Assembly (NCBI GenBank): GCA_045586595.1
Contig: JAZNAQ010000035.1
Span: 4,310-68,309 of the forward strand
DNA from: Eubacteriales bacterium
GTDB taxonomy: Bacteria > Bacillota > Clostridia > Oscillospirales > JAAYXM01
Length of the DNA stretch: 64,000 nucleotides
Direction: 5' to 3'
Positions 34,876 through 44,055 of this stretch are shown here, piece by piece. The translations under genes were made by a program, and so were the position numbers. How positions within the stretch are numbered: the stretch's first letter is position 1; each line of letters begins with the position of its first letter. The notes under the pieces were generated by a model. That model was not told where the DNA came from, did not search any database, and saw nothing but the letters and a program-made list of their open reading frames with translations.

Positions 34876-37509
34876 CTATGCCTTGCTTGCAACAAACTCG
34901 CGTGCTGCAGATAGTGCCGCATCGAGCTTTGATACATCATTGCCGCCGGCCATAGCGAAATCAGGCTTGCCGCCACCGTTTCCGCCGGCAGTCTTTGCAG
35001 TTTCGCGAACAAGGTCGCCTGCCTTTAGGCCTCGAGCAACAACATCCTTGCCGCAGGTCGCCGCAAACACTATCTTTTCACCATTTACGCTTGCGAGAAC
35101 GGCCGCAACGGTTGCATCAATGCCTCTTATCTCGTCGCTGATTGCGCGAAGGTCATCCGCCTTTGCGTTCTTTATAACCTTTGATATAAACTTGATACCC
35201 GAAATGTCTTCAGCTTCTTTGATGTATTCAGCCGCATCAAGGCGTGCCATCTTTGAGTTCATTGCGGAAAGCTCGTTTTTCAGAGCCTTGACTTCTTCTG
35301 TCATGTGCTCTGCTTTTATTACGACTTCCTTCGGGGCAGCCTTAAGGGCTTCTGCAACATCAGAAATAGTGGTCTCAAGCTCTGCAATCTTTGCAAGCAC
35401 ATTCATGCCGCATATTGCCTCTATTCGGCGTACACCCGCCGCAACGCTCGACTCACTTGCAATCTTGAATATCCCTGCCTTTGCGGTGTTGTCAAGATGT
35501 GTACCTCCGCAAAGCTCAAGAGAGTAGTCACCCATTGTTACAACGCGAACGGTATCGCCGTACTTCTCACCGAACAGTGCCATTGCGCCAAGCTTCTTTG
35601 CCTCTTCAATGGGCATTTCGCGCACTATGATTTCAAGCCCCGCAAGGATATTTGCGTTAACCTCGCGCTCTACCTTTTCGATTTCTTCTGCGGTCATCTG
35701 TGAGAAGTGGGTAAAGTCAAACCTTACGCTGTCAGGGCCAACGAGTGAGCCCGCCTGCTCAACATGGGTGCCGAGAGTGTTTCTCAATGCTTTCTGGAGA
35801 AGGTGTGTCGCCGAGTGAGCGCGCATTATCGCCTCACGGCGCGTCTTGCAAACCTCAGAAGTTACTGCATCTCCCTTTGCGATTGTGCCCTCGCACACCT
35901 CACCAATATGAAGGAACTTGCCGTCCTTGGTCTTCTTTACGTTGTTTATGCATACACTGCCTGCCGAAGCCGTTATCTTTCCTTCGTCAGCAAGCTGTCC
36001 GCCGCTCTCCGCATAGAACGGAGTGCGGTCAAGAACTATCTCTACTGTATCGCCTGCGTTTGCAGACTCTACTACAGCGCCGTTTGATACAAGAGCCAAA
36101 ACCTTACCCTCTGCCTTAAGGTCTGTATACCCGAGAAATTCGGTCTTCACGCTCTTATCAAGGCCGAGGTCGAGCTTCTCCCATGCAAAATCGCCGAGGG
36201 AAGCCGTTGCTGCGCGTGCACGCTCTCTCTGCTCGTTGAGGCAGGCATCAAAGCGGTCACGGTCAACCGACATTCCCTTTTCTTCTAAAATTTCTATTGT
36301 GAGGTCAATCGGGAAACCAAATGTATCTGCAAGCTTGAATGCATCGTCGCCGGAAAGAACTTTGCCACCGGCGACTTCAAGCTTCTTCATCATATCCTCA
36401 AGGATTGAGAGACCGGCGTCGATTGTGCGGTTAAATCCCTCTTCCTCGTTTTTAATTACCTTTTTAATGTACTCAGCCTTATCGATAAGCTCAGGGTATG
36501 CACCGCCGCTTTCTTTGATTACGGTATCACAGACATCGTGGAGGAAGGTCCCCTTTATACCGAGAAGTCTTCCATGACGTGCGGCGCGGCGAAGCAAACG
36601 GCGGAGAACGTAGCCCCTACCCTCATTAGAGGGCATAACGCCGTCGCAGACCATCATTGTTGTTGAGCGGATGTGGTCTGTGATAATACGGAGAGATATA
36701 TCTGTTTTGTCATCGTCGCCGTAGTTTACCTTTGCAATACGAGAAATATGAGCCGTTACGTTTTTTACTGTATCAACATCAAAGAGCGAGTTAACACCCT
36801 GCATAATGCAGGCAAGACGCTCAAGACCCATACCGGTGTCGATATTTTTCTGCTTAAGCTCGGTATAGTTGTTGTTTCCGTCATTATTGAACTGTGTGAA
36901 AACGAGGTTCCAGAACTCAACGTATCTGTCACAGTCACAGCCTACCTTACAGTCAGGCGAGCCGCATCCGTTTTCGGGGCCGCGGTCGAAATATATCTCA
37001 GAGCACGGGCCGCATGGACCTGCCCCGATTTCCCAGAAGTTGTCCTCCTTGCCAAGGCGTACCATGTGAGACGGATCTACACCATGCTCGTTAACCCACA
37101 TATTGTAGGTTTCGTCATCGTCAAGATACACAGAAACATAGAGCTTGTCCTTCGGAATTTCAAGGACCTCGGTGACAAACTCCCATGCCCACTTTGTTGC
37201 ATCGGGCTTAAAGTAGTCGCCGAACGAGAAGTTGCCGAGCATCTCAAAGAACGTACCGTGGCGAGATGTCTTGCCTACGCGCTCGATGTCAGGTGTGCGT
37301 ATGCACTTCTGGCATGTTGTCACGCGTGTTCTGGGCGGGGTTGCCTCGCCCGAAAAATATGGCTTCATAGGAGCCATACCGGAGTTTATAAGCAGGAGCG
37401 AATTGTCCCCCTGCGGAAGAAGCGGAAAGCTCTTAAGGCGAAGGTGGCCCTTGCTTTCAAAAAAGCTCAAGAACTTTTCACGAAGTTCGTTTAATCCCAT
37501 ATACTGCAT
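34876..37509 (-). CDS. alaS: alanine--tRNA ligase
   Basis: 877 aa. Class II core, editing-domain HSATHLL...CGGTH, C-terminal DHHA1-like region. Confidence 0.95.
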   Translation of the reverse strand: MQYMGLNELREKFLSFFESKGHLRLKSFPLLPQGDNSLLLINSGMAPMKPYFSGEATPPRTRVTTCQKCIRTPDIERVGKTSRHGTFFEMLGNFSFGDYFKPDATKWAWEFVTEVLEIPKDKLYVSVYLDDDETYNMWVNEHGVDPSHMVRLGKEDNFWEIGAGPCGPCSEIYFDRGPENGCGSPDCKVGCDCDRYVEFWNLVFTQFNNDGNNNYTELKQKNIDTGMGLERLACIMQGVNSLFDVDTVKNVTAHISRIAKVNYGDDDKTDISLRIITDHIRSTTMMVCDGVMPSNEGRGYVLRRLLRRAARHGRLLGIKGTFLHDVCDTVIKESGGAYPELIDKAEYIKKVIKNEEEGFNRTIDAGLSILEDMMKKLEVAGGKVLSGDDAFKLADTFGFPIDLTIEILEEKGMSVDRDRFDACLNEQRERARAATASLGDFAWEKLDLGLDKSVKTEFLGYTDLKAEGKVLALVSNGAVVESANAGDTVEIVLDRTPFYAESGGQLADEGKITASAGSVCINNVKKTKDGKFLHIGEVCEGTIAKGDAVTSEVCKTRREAIMRAHSATHLLQKALRNTLGTHVEQAGSLVGPDSVRFDFTHFSQMTAEEIEKVEREVNANILAGLEIIVREMPIEEAKKLGAMALFGEKYGDTVRVVTMGDYSLELCGGTHLDNTAKAGIFKIASESSVAAGVRRIEAICGMNVLAKIAELETTISDVAEALKAAPKEVVIKAEHMTEEVKALKNELSAMNSKMARLDAAEYIKEAEDISGIKFISKVIKNAKADDLRAISDEIRGIDATVAAVLASVNGEKIVFAATCGKDVVARGLKAGDLVRETAKTAGGNGGGKPDFAMAGGNDVSKLDAALSAAREFVASKA

Positions 37510-37576
37510 TTTTTAAACCTCCGATGTGATACGCAAAATTTATAAATATATTTACGGTCATTTTTACACATATAGC

Positions 37577-37606
37577 ATTATACACCCGAGGGCTCCAAGA
37601 TGTCAA
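37577..37606 (-). promoter_or_regulatory. candidate alaS promoter
   Basis: On the minus strand: TTGACA (37601-37606), 18-nt spacer, TATAAT (37577-37582). Confidence 0.45.
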
Positions 37607-37677
37607 ATAATATATGAAATTTGTAAATCACTTCAATTTTCGCTTAGCAAGGTCTTTGTTTTATTTGATGATTCTGC

Positions 37678-37706
37678 TTGTAATCTGCACAAAAATAACG
37701 TATAAT
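37678..37706 (+). promoter_or_regulatory. candidate promoter of the lipoprotein gene
   Basis: TTGTAA (37678-37683), 17-nt spacer, TATAAT (37701-37706). Confidence 0.5.
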
Positions 37707-37738
37707 ACTATTTATTAACATTAGAGGTGTGTTTAATT

Positions 37739-38566
37739 ATGAAAAAAAACGTATGTTCTCTTCTCGCCGCAGCAATGCTTGTAATCCTTCTTGTCGGATG
37801 CGGCACGACCGATTATAAGGAACCGCCACAAGTCGGTTTTCTTATCGCAAGTCAGTTTACCGGATACAAGCTCGGTACAGTCGAAAGCCTTGTTTCCGAA
37901 AAAACCATTACAGCCAATATCGAATCTCCTGTAGTGATTGACTTCTCCTCCGTAAGTAAAGGTCTCCGCGCTCTTCGCAACAAAAAGATTTACGGCATGG
38001 TTTTGCCGGCAGTATATGCTAAAAACGAGCTTGAGAAGTCAGACGTTTTTCAAAAGCTGTATGTTACATTTATAGAAAAAGAGCTCCGCGCGCTTTCACT
38101 GCCTTCTTTTAAATCTTCAATCGTAGTTGATGCCGCACTGACATTCATTAAAAACAATGGTACAGCCGACAAAATTGCCACTGCTCACTCTCCTTATTCA
38201 GACACCACAGACGACCCGTACACACGCCCGACAGATTATGTGAGATATAACAACCATAAAATCACAATCGGTATTTGCAGTGATGATTCTTTCCCCTACA
38301 ATTACCGCGACTCAGACGGCAGCCTTATCGGAATAAATGTAGACGTTGCACATGAAATTGCAGCCTATATGGGCGCCGAGCTCATTATTAAGGAATACCC
38401 TGAAAATGACCTCACGGGCGCACTTGATAGTGGCGATGTCGATGTTATCATGTCACAGTTTTCTCCCAGCGAGGAAAACCCCATACCCTCAAAGTATATA
38501 GCTTCTCACCCATACTGCGATGCATCAACTTATATTCTTATAAGAAGCCCGCGCGCAAACGGCTAA
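37739..38566 (+). CDS. lipoprotein with solute-binding-protein family 3 (PBP type II) segments in permuted order
   Basis: Lipobox LLVGC. C-terminal segment ITIGICSDDSFPYNYRDSDGSLIGINVDVAHEIAAYMG...LDSGDVDVIMSQFS resembles the N-terminal lobe of amino-acid SBPs. Start set to ATG 37739 after AGAGGTG. Confidence 0.7.
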   Translation: MKKNVCSLLAAAMLVILLVGCGTTDYKEPPQVGFLIASQFTGYKLGTVESLVSEKTITANIESPVVIDFSSVSKGLRALRNKKIYGMVLPAVYAKNELEKSDVFQKLYVTFIEKELRALSLPSFKSSIVVDAALTFIKNNGTADKIATAHSPYSDTTDDPYTRPTDYVRYNNHKITIGICSDDSFPYNYRDSDGSLIGINVDVAHEIAAYMGAELIIKEYPENDLTGALDSGDVDVIMSQFSPSEENPIPSKYIASHPYCDASTYILIRSPRANG

Positions 38567-38571
38567 ATATT

Positions 38572-38610
38572 AAAAAACAGCCCATCTTTGAAAAGATGGG
38601 CTGTTTTTTT
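38572..38610. terminator. bidirectional terminator
   Basis: Stem CAGCCCATCTT/AAGATGGGCTG flanked by A6 and T7 runs. Confidence 0.75.
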
Positions 38611-38616
38611 AATACT

Positions 38617-39531
38617 TTATTTTCCAAGCTTTTCGCGGTAATAATCCATTGTCAGCTTTACGCCTTCTGTGAGCGTATAACGCGGCTCATAGCCGAGTAT
38701 AGTGCGAAGCTTGGTGTTATCAAGATAGCTGTGGAGAATATCTCCTTTGCGCGCTTCTCTGTACTCTGCGCGTACCTTGCCATCCGACATAATATCTACA
38801 AGTTCGTTTACGGTAGTCTTCTTGCAGGTAGAAACATTTATTATCTCGCCATCACCTGCCTTAAGCGCGGCAATATTAGCCCCTGCAATGTCGCCTACAT
38901 AAACAAAGTCTCTAGTCTGTTCGCCGTCGCCAAAAATAATCGGGGTCTCGCCGCGGAGAAGCTTGTCTGTAAATATCGACACAACGCCGCCTTCGCCCTT
39001 CGGGTCCTGACGTACACCAAACACGTTTGCATATCGAAGAATTGTAAACTTAAACCCATACATATCCGAAAATGTTTTTATGTAATACTCAGGTGTAAAT
39101 TTAGATATTCCGTAAAAAGACATAGGAGCCTTCGGGTGTTTTTCGTCTACCGGGAGATATTCCGGGTCGCCGTAAACTGCAGCAGATGATGCATAAATTA
39201 TCTTCTTTACCCCGAAATCGCGCACTGCCTCAAGCACCTTAACCGTACCAACAACGTTGGTCTCGGCATCAAAGCTGACCTCGAGGATAGACTTCTGTAT
39301 GTCAATCTGAGCTGCCTCATGATAAATTACATCTGGAGCAAATTCGCAAACCGCATTGCGGAACTCTTCACTTCTTATGTCTACCTCATAAAATTTCGCT
39401 TCGGGATTTAAGTTTGCGATGTTGCCGGTTGAGAGGTTATCACAAACCGCAACAGTATGCCCTGCGGCACAAAGACCGTCAACAATATGCGAGCCGATAA
39501 AGCCGCAACCGCCTGTTACCAATACCTTCAA
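38617..39531 (-). CDS. NAD-dependent epimerase/dehydratase (UDP-glucose 4-epimerase-like)
   Basis: VTGGCGFIGSH Rossmann motif and YGISK (YxxxK). Start probably TTG 39531 (MKVLVTGG), 6 nt after GAAGGTG. The track start GTG 39540 is the alternative. Confidence 0.8.
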   Translation of the reverse strand: MKVLVTGGCGFIGSHIVDGLCAAGHTVAVCDNLSTGNIANLNPEAKFYEVDIRSEEFRNAVCEFAPDVIYHEAAQIDIQKSILEVSFDAETNVVGTVKVLEAVRDFGVKKIIYASSAAVYGDPEYLPVDEKHPKAPMSFYGISKFTPEYYIKTFSDMYGFKFTILRYANVFGVRQDPKGEGGVVSIFTDKLLRGETPIIFGDGEQTRDFVYVGDIAGANIAALKAGDGEIINVSTCKKTTVNELVDIMSDGKVRAEYREARKGDILHSYLDNTKLRTILGYEPRYTLTEGVKLTMDYYREKLGK

Positions 39532-39767
39532 AAAACACACCTTCTTTTATATTTCTAAGAAAATTTACACTGTATTTTTAAATAAAGCATATGTTTATTA
39601 TACTATCAATCCAATAATTATACAAGTATACAATTTTAATTACTGCCAAATTTTTTAAACACCTAGTTTAATACTACAATTTCTATTCTTTGCCTTTTGG
39701 AAATAACACATACACAGTTATACTTTTTGGCAAGTCAGGCAAAATACATTTAAGGGTGTGTTGTAAA

Positions 39768-40574
39768 ATGAAAAAAATTTCAAGTTTTCTCACGGCAACA
39801 TTTCTGATTATTGGCACATTTACAGGTTGCGGTGTGAACGACGGAAAAACCGTTGCAATCGACGGCTCAACCTCAGTAGAAAAGGTCATCGCTTTTTTGA
39901 GCGAAAGCTATATGGAAAAGAATCCCGACATAAGAGTAACCTATAACCCGACAGGCTCGGGTGCAGGTATTCAGTCAGTTACAGAAAACAGATGCGACAT
40001 AGGGCTAAGCAGCCGCAACCTCAACAATGAAGAATCAAAAACGCTTAGCGGAACAGTTTGTGCAATAGACGGGATTGCTATCATCGTAAATCCTCAAAAC
40101 GCGATTTCGGATTTAAGCGTTCAAACAATCTCAAAAATCTATACAGGAGAGATTACAAACTGGAAAGATGTCGGCGGCAACGATGCTCCGATTGTTCTTA
40201 TCGGGCGTGAGGCCGCGTCAGGCACGCGGGAGGGTTTTGAGTCAATAACCGGTACAACCGGTATGTGCAAATACTCACAGGAGCTCACCTCAACAGGCGA
40301 CATTGTTCAGACCGTGGCAACTAACCCTAACGCAGTGGGATATGCTTCTCTCGCATCTATAAAGGACATTGTCAAGATACTTTCTGTAGATGGAGTATTC
40401 CCGACAGCCGAAACAATACAAAGAGGCGACTATAAGATTCAACGCGACTTCATATTGGTAACAAGAAAAGACACTCCGCTCAGCGAGGTAGCGCAAAGCT
40501 TCTTTGACTTTGCAACAAGTGAGCAAGCAGATAAGCTTATTTTAAATGCCGGGGCAATCCCCGTAAAGAGATAG
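39768..40574 (+). CDS. pstS: phosphate ABC transporter substrate-binding lipoprotein PstS
   Basis: Lipobox FTGCG. Phosphate-binding motifs DGSTSV and TGSGAG. Start set to ATG 39768. Confidence 0.85.
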   Translation: MKKISSFLTATFLIIGTFTGCGVNDGKTVAIDGSTSVEKVIAFLSESYMEKNPDIRVTYNPTGSGAGIQSVTENRCDIGLSSRNLNNEESKTLSGTVCAIDGIAIIVNPQNAISDLSVQTISKIYTGEITNWKDVGGNDAPIVLIGREAASGTREGFESITGTTGMCKYSQELTSTGDIVQTVATNPNAVGYASLASIKDIVKILSVDGVFPTAETIQRGDYKIQRDFILVTRKDTPLSEVAQSFFDFATSEQADKLILNAGAIPVKR

Positions 40575-40581
40575 GGGCAAA

Positions 40582-41460
40582 ATGATGAATAAGCTAAAAA
40601 AAACAGCAAACGTCTTTGAGCACATAATAGGTGCTGTATTTACTTTGTGTGGTTTTCTCGCCGTTGCCCTTGTTCTCATAATAACAGGGTTTCTTATATT
40701 ATCGGGCATACCGGCAATTCGCGAAATCGGGCTTTTTAACTTCTTAACAGGCAAGGAGTGGTCACCCGTATCATCTTCTCCCGCATTTGGGGTTTTGCCC
40801 TTTATCCTTACTTCGGTATACGGAACGCTCGGCGCAATAATAATCGGCATACCTATAGGGCTTATGTGTGCCGTATTTATCGCAAAAATGTCAAATAAAA
40901 AAGCAAGTGCAGTGATGAGGAGTGCCGTTGACCTTCTTGCGGGAATACCGTCTGTTGTCTACGGTCTTGTGGGTATGATTATTGTCGTTCCGTTCGTAAG
41001 GAAGTCCTTTGGGCTTCCCGACGGCGCCAATCTGTTTACTGCAATTATCATTCTCTCAGTTATGATTTTACCCTCGGTAATCTCTGTTTCGGAAGCTGCA
41101 ATACGCTCTGTCCCCCACGAATATGAAGAAGGCTCGCTTGCTCTCGGAGCAACAAAAACAGAGACAATTTTTAAGGTCATGCTTCCTGCTGCAAACAGCG
41201 GAATTCTCACATCTGCCGTGCTTGGAACAGGGCGTGCCATAGGAGAGGCGATGGCCGTTATGATGGTATCGGGAAACGTTGCTAATATGCCGGGATTATT
41301 TAAAAGTGTGCGTTTTCTCACAACTGCTGTTGCAGGTGAAATGTCATACTCATCAGGGCTCCACCGTGAGGCCCTGTTTTCTGTAGCTCTTGTGCTTTTC
41401 GTATTTATAATGATTATAAACCTAATACTCAATTTTGTTGTAAAGAGAGATAAGAGGTGA
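40582..41460 (+). CDS. pstC: phosphate ABC transporter permease PstC
   Basis: Six-TM permease with EAA-type loop EGSLALGATKTETIFKVMLP. Confidence 0.85.
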   Translation: MMNKLKKTANVFEHIIGAVFTLCGFLAVALVLIITGFLILSGIPAIREIGLFNFLTGKEWSPVSSSPAFGVLPFILTSVYGTLGAIIIGIPIGLMCAVFIAKMSNKKASAVMRSAVDLLAGIPSVVYGLVGMIIVVPFVRKSFGLPDGANLFTAIIILSVMILPSVISVSEAAIRSVPHEYEEGSLALGATKTETIFKVMLPAANSGILTSAVLGTGRAIGEAMAVMMVSGNVANMPGLFKSVRFLTTAVAGEMSYSSGLHREALFSVALVLFVFIMIINLILNFVVKRDKR

Positions 41461-41466
41461 AAACCT

Positions 41467-42330
41467 TTGCGGGAAAAATTATCACGAAAACGTCGTATGA
41501 AGTGTATTCTGCTCAATACACTTGTGTATTCGTGCTCGGGAATTATACTTCTTCTCCTTATCGGTATTATCGGATATATAATTTATCGTGGCTTATCTCA
41601 CATAACACTTGCCTTTATAACAACGAAACCAAGCCTCATCCGCGGCACTGTGGGAATCTTGCCCAATATTCTAAACACGCTGTATATCATACTTATAACA
41701 CTAATTATTATGCTTCCGATAGGAGTGGGTGCGGCAGTATATCTCAATGAGTATGCAAAGAACAAGAAGACTGTTGGTATTATAGAGCTTGCAACGGAAA
41801 CGCTGGCTGGCATTCCGTCGATTATATACGGTCTGGTCGGCATGCTTATTTTCGTTCAGTTTTTTTCTCTCGGCACAAGTCTTATAGCAGGTGCGCTGAC
41901 GCTCGTAATAATGACACTTCCTACGGTTATGCGTACAACGCAGGAGAGCCTTAAATCGGTGACTCCTGGGTTGCGCGAGGGCTCTCTTGCGCTTGGCGCA
42001 GGTAAGTGGTATATGATACGCACGGTTGTACTTCCTTCTGCAATCGACGGAATAGTTACAGGTTGCATACTCTCAGTCGGAAGAATAGTAGGAGAGAGCG
42101 CGGCGCTCCTGTTTACAGCTGGTATGGCAAACGAAATTCTAGGAATATTTGACAGCATCATGCCCAAAAGCTCAGGCTCCACACTAACCGTTGCGCTCTA
42201 TATGTATGCAAAAGAGCGTGGTGATTTTGAAACAGCATTTGCAATAGCAGTGATACTTCTTGTTCTTACACTTATAATAAATCTTTCCGCAAAGCTTGCA
42301 GCAAAGCTTTTAAAAAGAGGAAAAGAGTGA
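41467..42330 (+). CDS. pstA: phosphate ABC transporter permease PstA
   Basis: EAA-type loop EGSLALGAGKWYMIRTVVLP. TTG start 7 nt after AGAGGTG. Confidence 0.85.
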   Translation: MREKLSRKRRMKCILLNTLVYSCSGIILLLLIGIIGYIIYRGLSHITLAFITTKPSLIRGTVGILPNILNTLYIILITLIIMLPIGVGAAVYLNEYAKNKKTVGIIELATETLAGIPSIIYGLVGMLIFVQFFSLGTSLIAGALTLVIMTLPTVMRTTQESLKSVTPGLREGSLALGAGKWYMIRTVVLPSAIDGIVTGCILSVGRIVGESAALLFTAGMANEILGIFDSIMPKSSGSTLTVALYMYAKERGDFETAFAIAVILLVLTLIINLSAKLAAKLLKRGKE

Positions 42331-42336
42331 TTTGGT

Positions 42337-43086
42337 ATGTCAATTATTAAAACATATGATTTAAACCTATGGTATGGCACAAATCATGCGCTTAAGAATA
42401 TCAATATAGAAATACCACGAAATAAGGTCACAGCATTTATAGGCCCGTCAGGATGTGGAAAATCAACATTTTTAAAGACCTTAAACCGCATGAACGACCT
42501 TATTGATATTGTAAAAACAGAGGGAACGGTACTTATCGACGGGGTAGATATTTATAAAGATGTTGACGTAAATATCCTACGCAAGCGCGTTGGAATGGTA
42601 TTCCAGAAGCCAAACCCATTCCCGATGAGCATTTATGATAACATCGCTTATGGCCCGAGAATACACGGCGTGCGTTGCCGAGCCGTGCTCGATGAAATAG
42701 TAGAAAAGTCACTTACTCATGCCGCAATCTGGGATGAGTGTAAAGACAGGCTCAAAAAAAGCGCTCTCTCACTCTCAGGGGGCCAGCAGCAGCGTCTATG
42801 CATAGCCCGCGCGCTCGCTGTCGCGCCCGAGATACTTCTTATGGACGAGCCCACATCGGCACTCGACCCCATTTCTACCTCTAAAATCGAAGATTTGATT
42901 TTAGAGCTTTCAAAGAAATATACAATCGTCACTGTCACTCATAACATGCAGCAAGCGGCAAGAATTGCAGACTATACAGCATTTTTTCTTCTCGGTGAGC
43001 TTATCGAGTTTAATGATACAGATAAGATGTTTTCTTCACCGCACGACAAGCGCACTGAGGATTATATTACAGGAAGGTTCGGATAA
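42337..43086 (+). CDS. pstB: phosphate ABC transporter ATP-binding protein PstB
   Basis: Walker [10 protein letters not shown], signature LSGGQQQRL, Walker B LLMDEP. Confidence 0.95.
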   Translation: MSIIKTYDLNLWYGTNHALKNINIEIPRNKVTAFIGPSGCGKSTFLKTLNRMNDLIDIVKTEGTVLIDGVDIYKDVDVNILRKRVGMVFQKPNPFPMSIYDNIAYGPRIHGVRCRAVLDEIVEKSLTHAAIWDECKDRLKKSALSLSGGQQQRLCIARALAVAPEILLMDEPTSALDPISTSKIEDLILELSKKYTIVTVTHNMQQAARIADYTAFFLLGELIEFNDTDKMFSSPHDKRTEDYITGRFG

Positions 43087-43088
43087 AA

Positions 43089-43733
43089 ATGAGAAATCGC
43101 TTTGATATACAACTTGCAGAGCTAAACCGCGAGCTTGTAACAATGGGCGCATTGTGTGAAGAAGCCATTGCAGGATGTTCAAAATACCTTATAGAAAACG
43201 ATAGTAACATAAAAGAAAACGTTTTTGAGGCCGAACGGCAGATAGACCAGAAAGAGCGTGATATAGAAGCTCTTTGCCTGAAGATTCTTTTGCATCAACA
43301 ACCGGTAGCGCGGGACCTTCGCACTGTTTCTTCTGCACTTAAAATGATTTCAGATATGGAGCGAATAGGTGACCAGGCATCAGACATTGTTGAAATTGTA
43401 CAATATGTAAACGATGTCGGCATAAGAACAGAAACCCATATCGCCGACATGGCGCGCGCAACCATTAAAATGGTTACCGACAGTGTCGAATCGTTTGTCA
43501 AAAAAGATATAATGCTTGCTAAATCAGTAATCGCACACGATGACGTTGTAGACAATCTTTTTTGCGATGTCAAAAATGAGCTTATTTCTGCCTTCACAAT
43601 CGAGCACGAAGACACAGAGGCTCTTCTCGACCTTCTTATGATAGCAAAATACTTCGAGCGAATAGGTGACCACGCAGAAAACATTGCGGAGTGGGTGATA
43701 TATTCTATAACCGGAACGCACTCGGATTCCTAA
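43089..43733 (+). CDS. phoU: phosphate signalling regulator PhoU
   Basis: Two PhoU repeats with MERIGDQASDI and FERIGDHAENI. Confidence 0.9.
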   Translation: MRNRFDIQLAELNRELVTMGALCEEAIAGCSKYLIENDSNIKENVFEAERQIDQKERDIEALCLKILLHQQPVARDLRTVSSALKMISDMERIGDQASDIVEIVQYVNDVGIRTETHIADMARATIKMVTDSVESFVKKDIMLAKSVIAHDDVVDNLFCDVKNELISAFTIEHEDTEALLDLLMIAKYFERIGDHAENIAEWVIYSITGTHSDS

Positions 43734-43734
43734 A

Positions 43735-44013
43735 CACATCCAAATCAGCTGTATCAAGCGGGCATATGGTTGCGAGATATGCGATGATGTGCTTATCGGT
43801 ATGGGCGCAATCGTGCTTGACGGCGCCAAGATTGGTGAGTGCTCAATAGTCGGCGCGGGCGCGCTTGTTACAAAGAATAAAGCATTTCCGCCACGAAGCC
43901 TTATAATGGGTTCTCCTGCCGTAGTTAAGCGTGAGCTCACAGATGACGAGGTTGAGTCAATCCGAGAAAATGCACGAGAGTATGTAAGCCTCTCAAAAAA
44001 GTATATGAAGTAA
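43735..44013 (+). pseudogene. 5'-truncated remnant of a left-handed beta-helix (gamma-carbonic-anhydrase/YrdA-like hexapeptide) gene
   Basis: The frame reads ...AYGCEICDDVLIGMGAIVLDGAKIGECSIVGAGALVTKNKAFPPRSLIMGSPAVVKRELTDDEVESIRENAREY. This corresponds to roughly the C-terminal half of ~170-aa family members. Similarity begins 2-25 nt after the phoU stop. No SD or credible start codon. Confidence 0.65.
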
Positions 44014-44045
44014 AAAAGCTCAGGTCCTTGAGACCTGAGCTTTTT
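44013..44045. terminator. bidirectional terminator
   Basis: Stem GCTCAGGTC/GACCTGAGC (44018-44026/44032-44040) flanked by A5 and T5. Confidence 0.75.
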
Positions 44046-44055
44046 ATTATCATTT

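Noticed and set aside
34863-35012. Long N-terminal extension of the HIT ORF (34521-35012) overlapping alaS
   Set aside because: The conserved HIT N-terminus MSDCLFCKIIAGEIP starts at 34862, right after the alaS stop and a G-rich SD. The extension is an out-of-frame read of the alaS 3' end.
36673-37494. Long antisense ORFs inside large genes. Examples: 36673-37494, 34883-35527 and 36023-36577 opposite alaS; 7312-8055 opposite spoIIP; 54987-55664 opposite ftsH; 32791-33396 opposite feoB; 38596-39189 opposite the epimerase gene; 43524-44099.
   Set aside because: They are shadow frames of well-supported genes. Their composition is low-complexity or biased (Ser/Ala/Arg-rich), they lack SD sequences, and I recognise no family resemblance.
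37510-37726. T-box leader upstream of alaS
   Set aside because: The leader from the predicted promoter to the ATG is only about 70 nt. It is AT-rich and lacks anything like the conserved T-box sequence (AGGGTGGTACCGCG-type) or a terminator/antiterminator pair.
39541-39767. PhoP/Pho-box direct repeats upstream of pstS
   Set aside because: Several TTxACA-like hexamers occur (for example 39564, 39619, 39627, 39703), but they do not fall on the expected ~11-bp register. A possible -10 TATACT lies at 39719-39724. I cannot support an operator call by eye.
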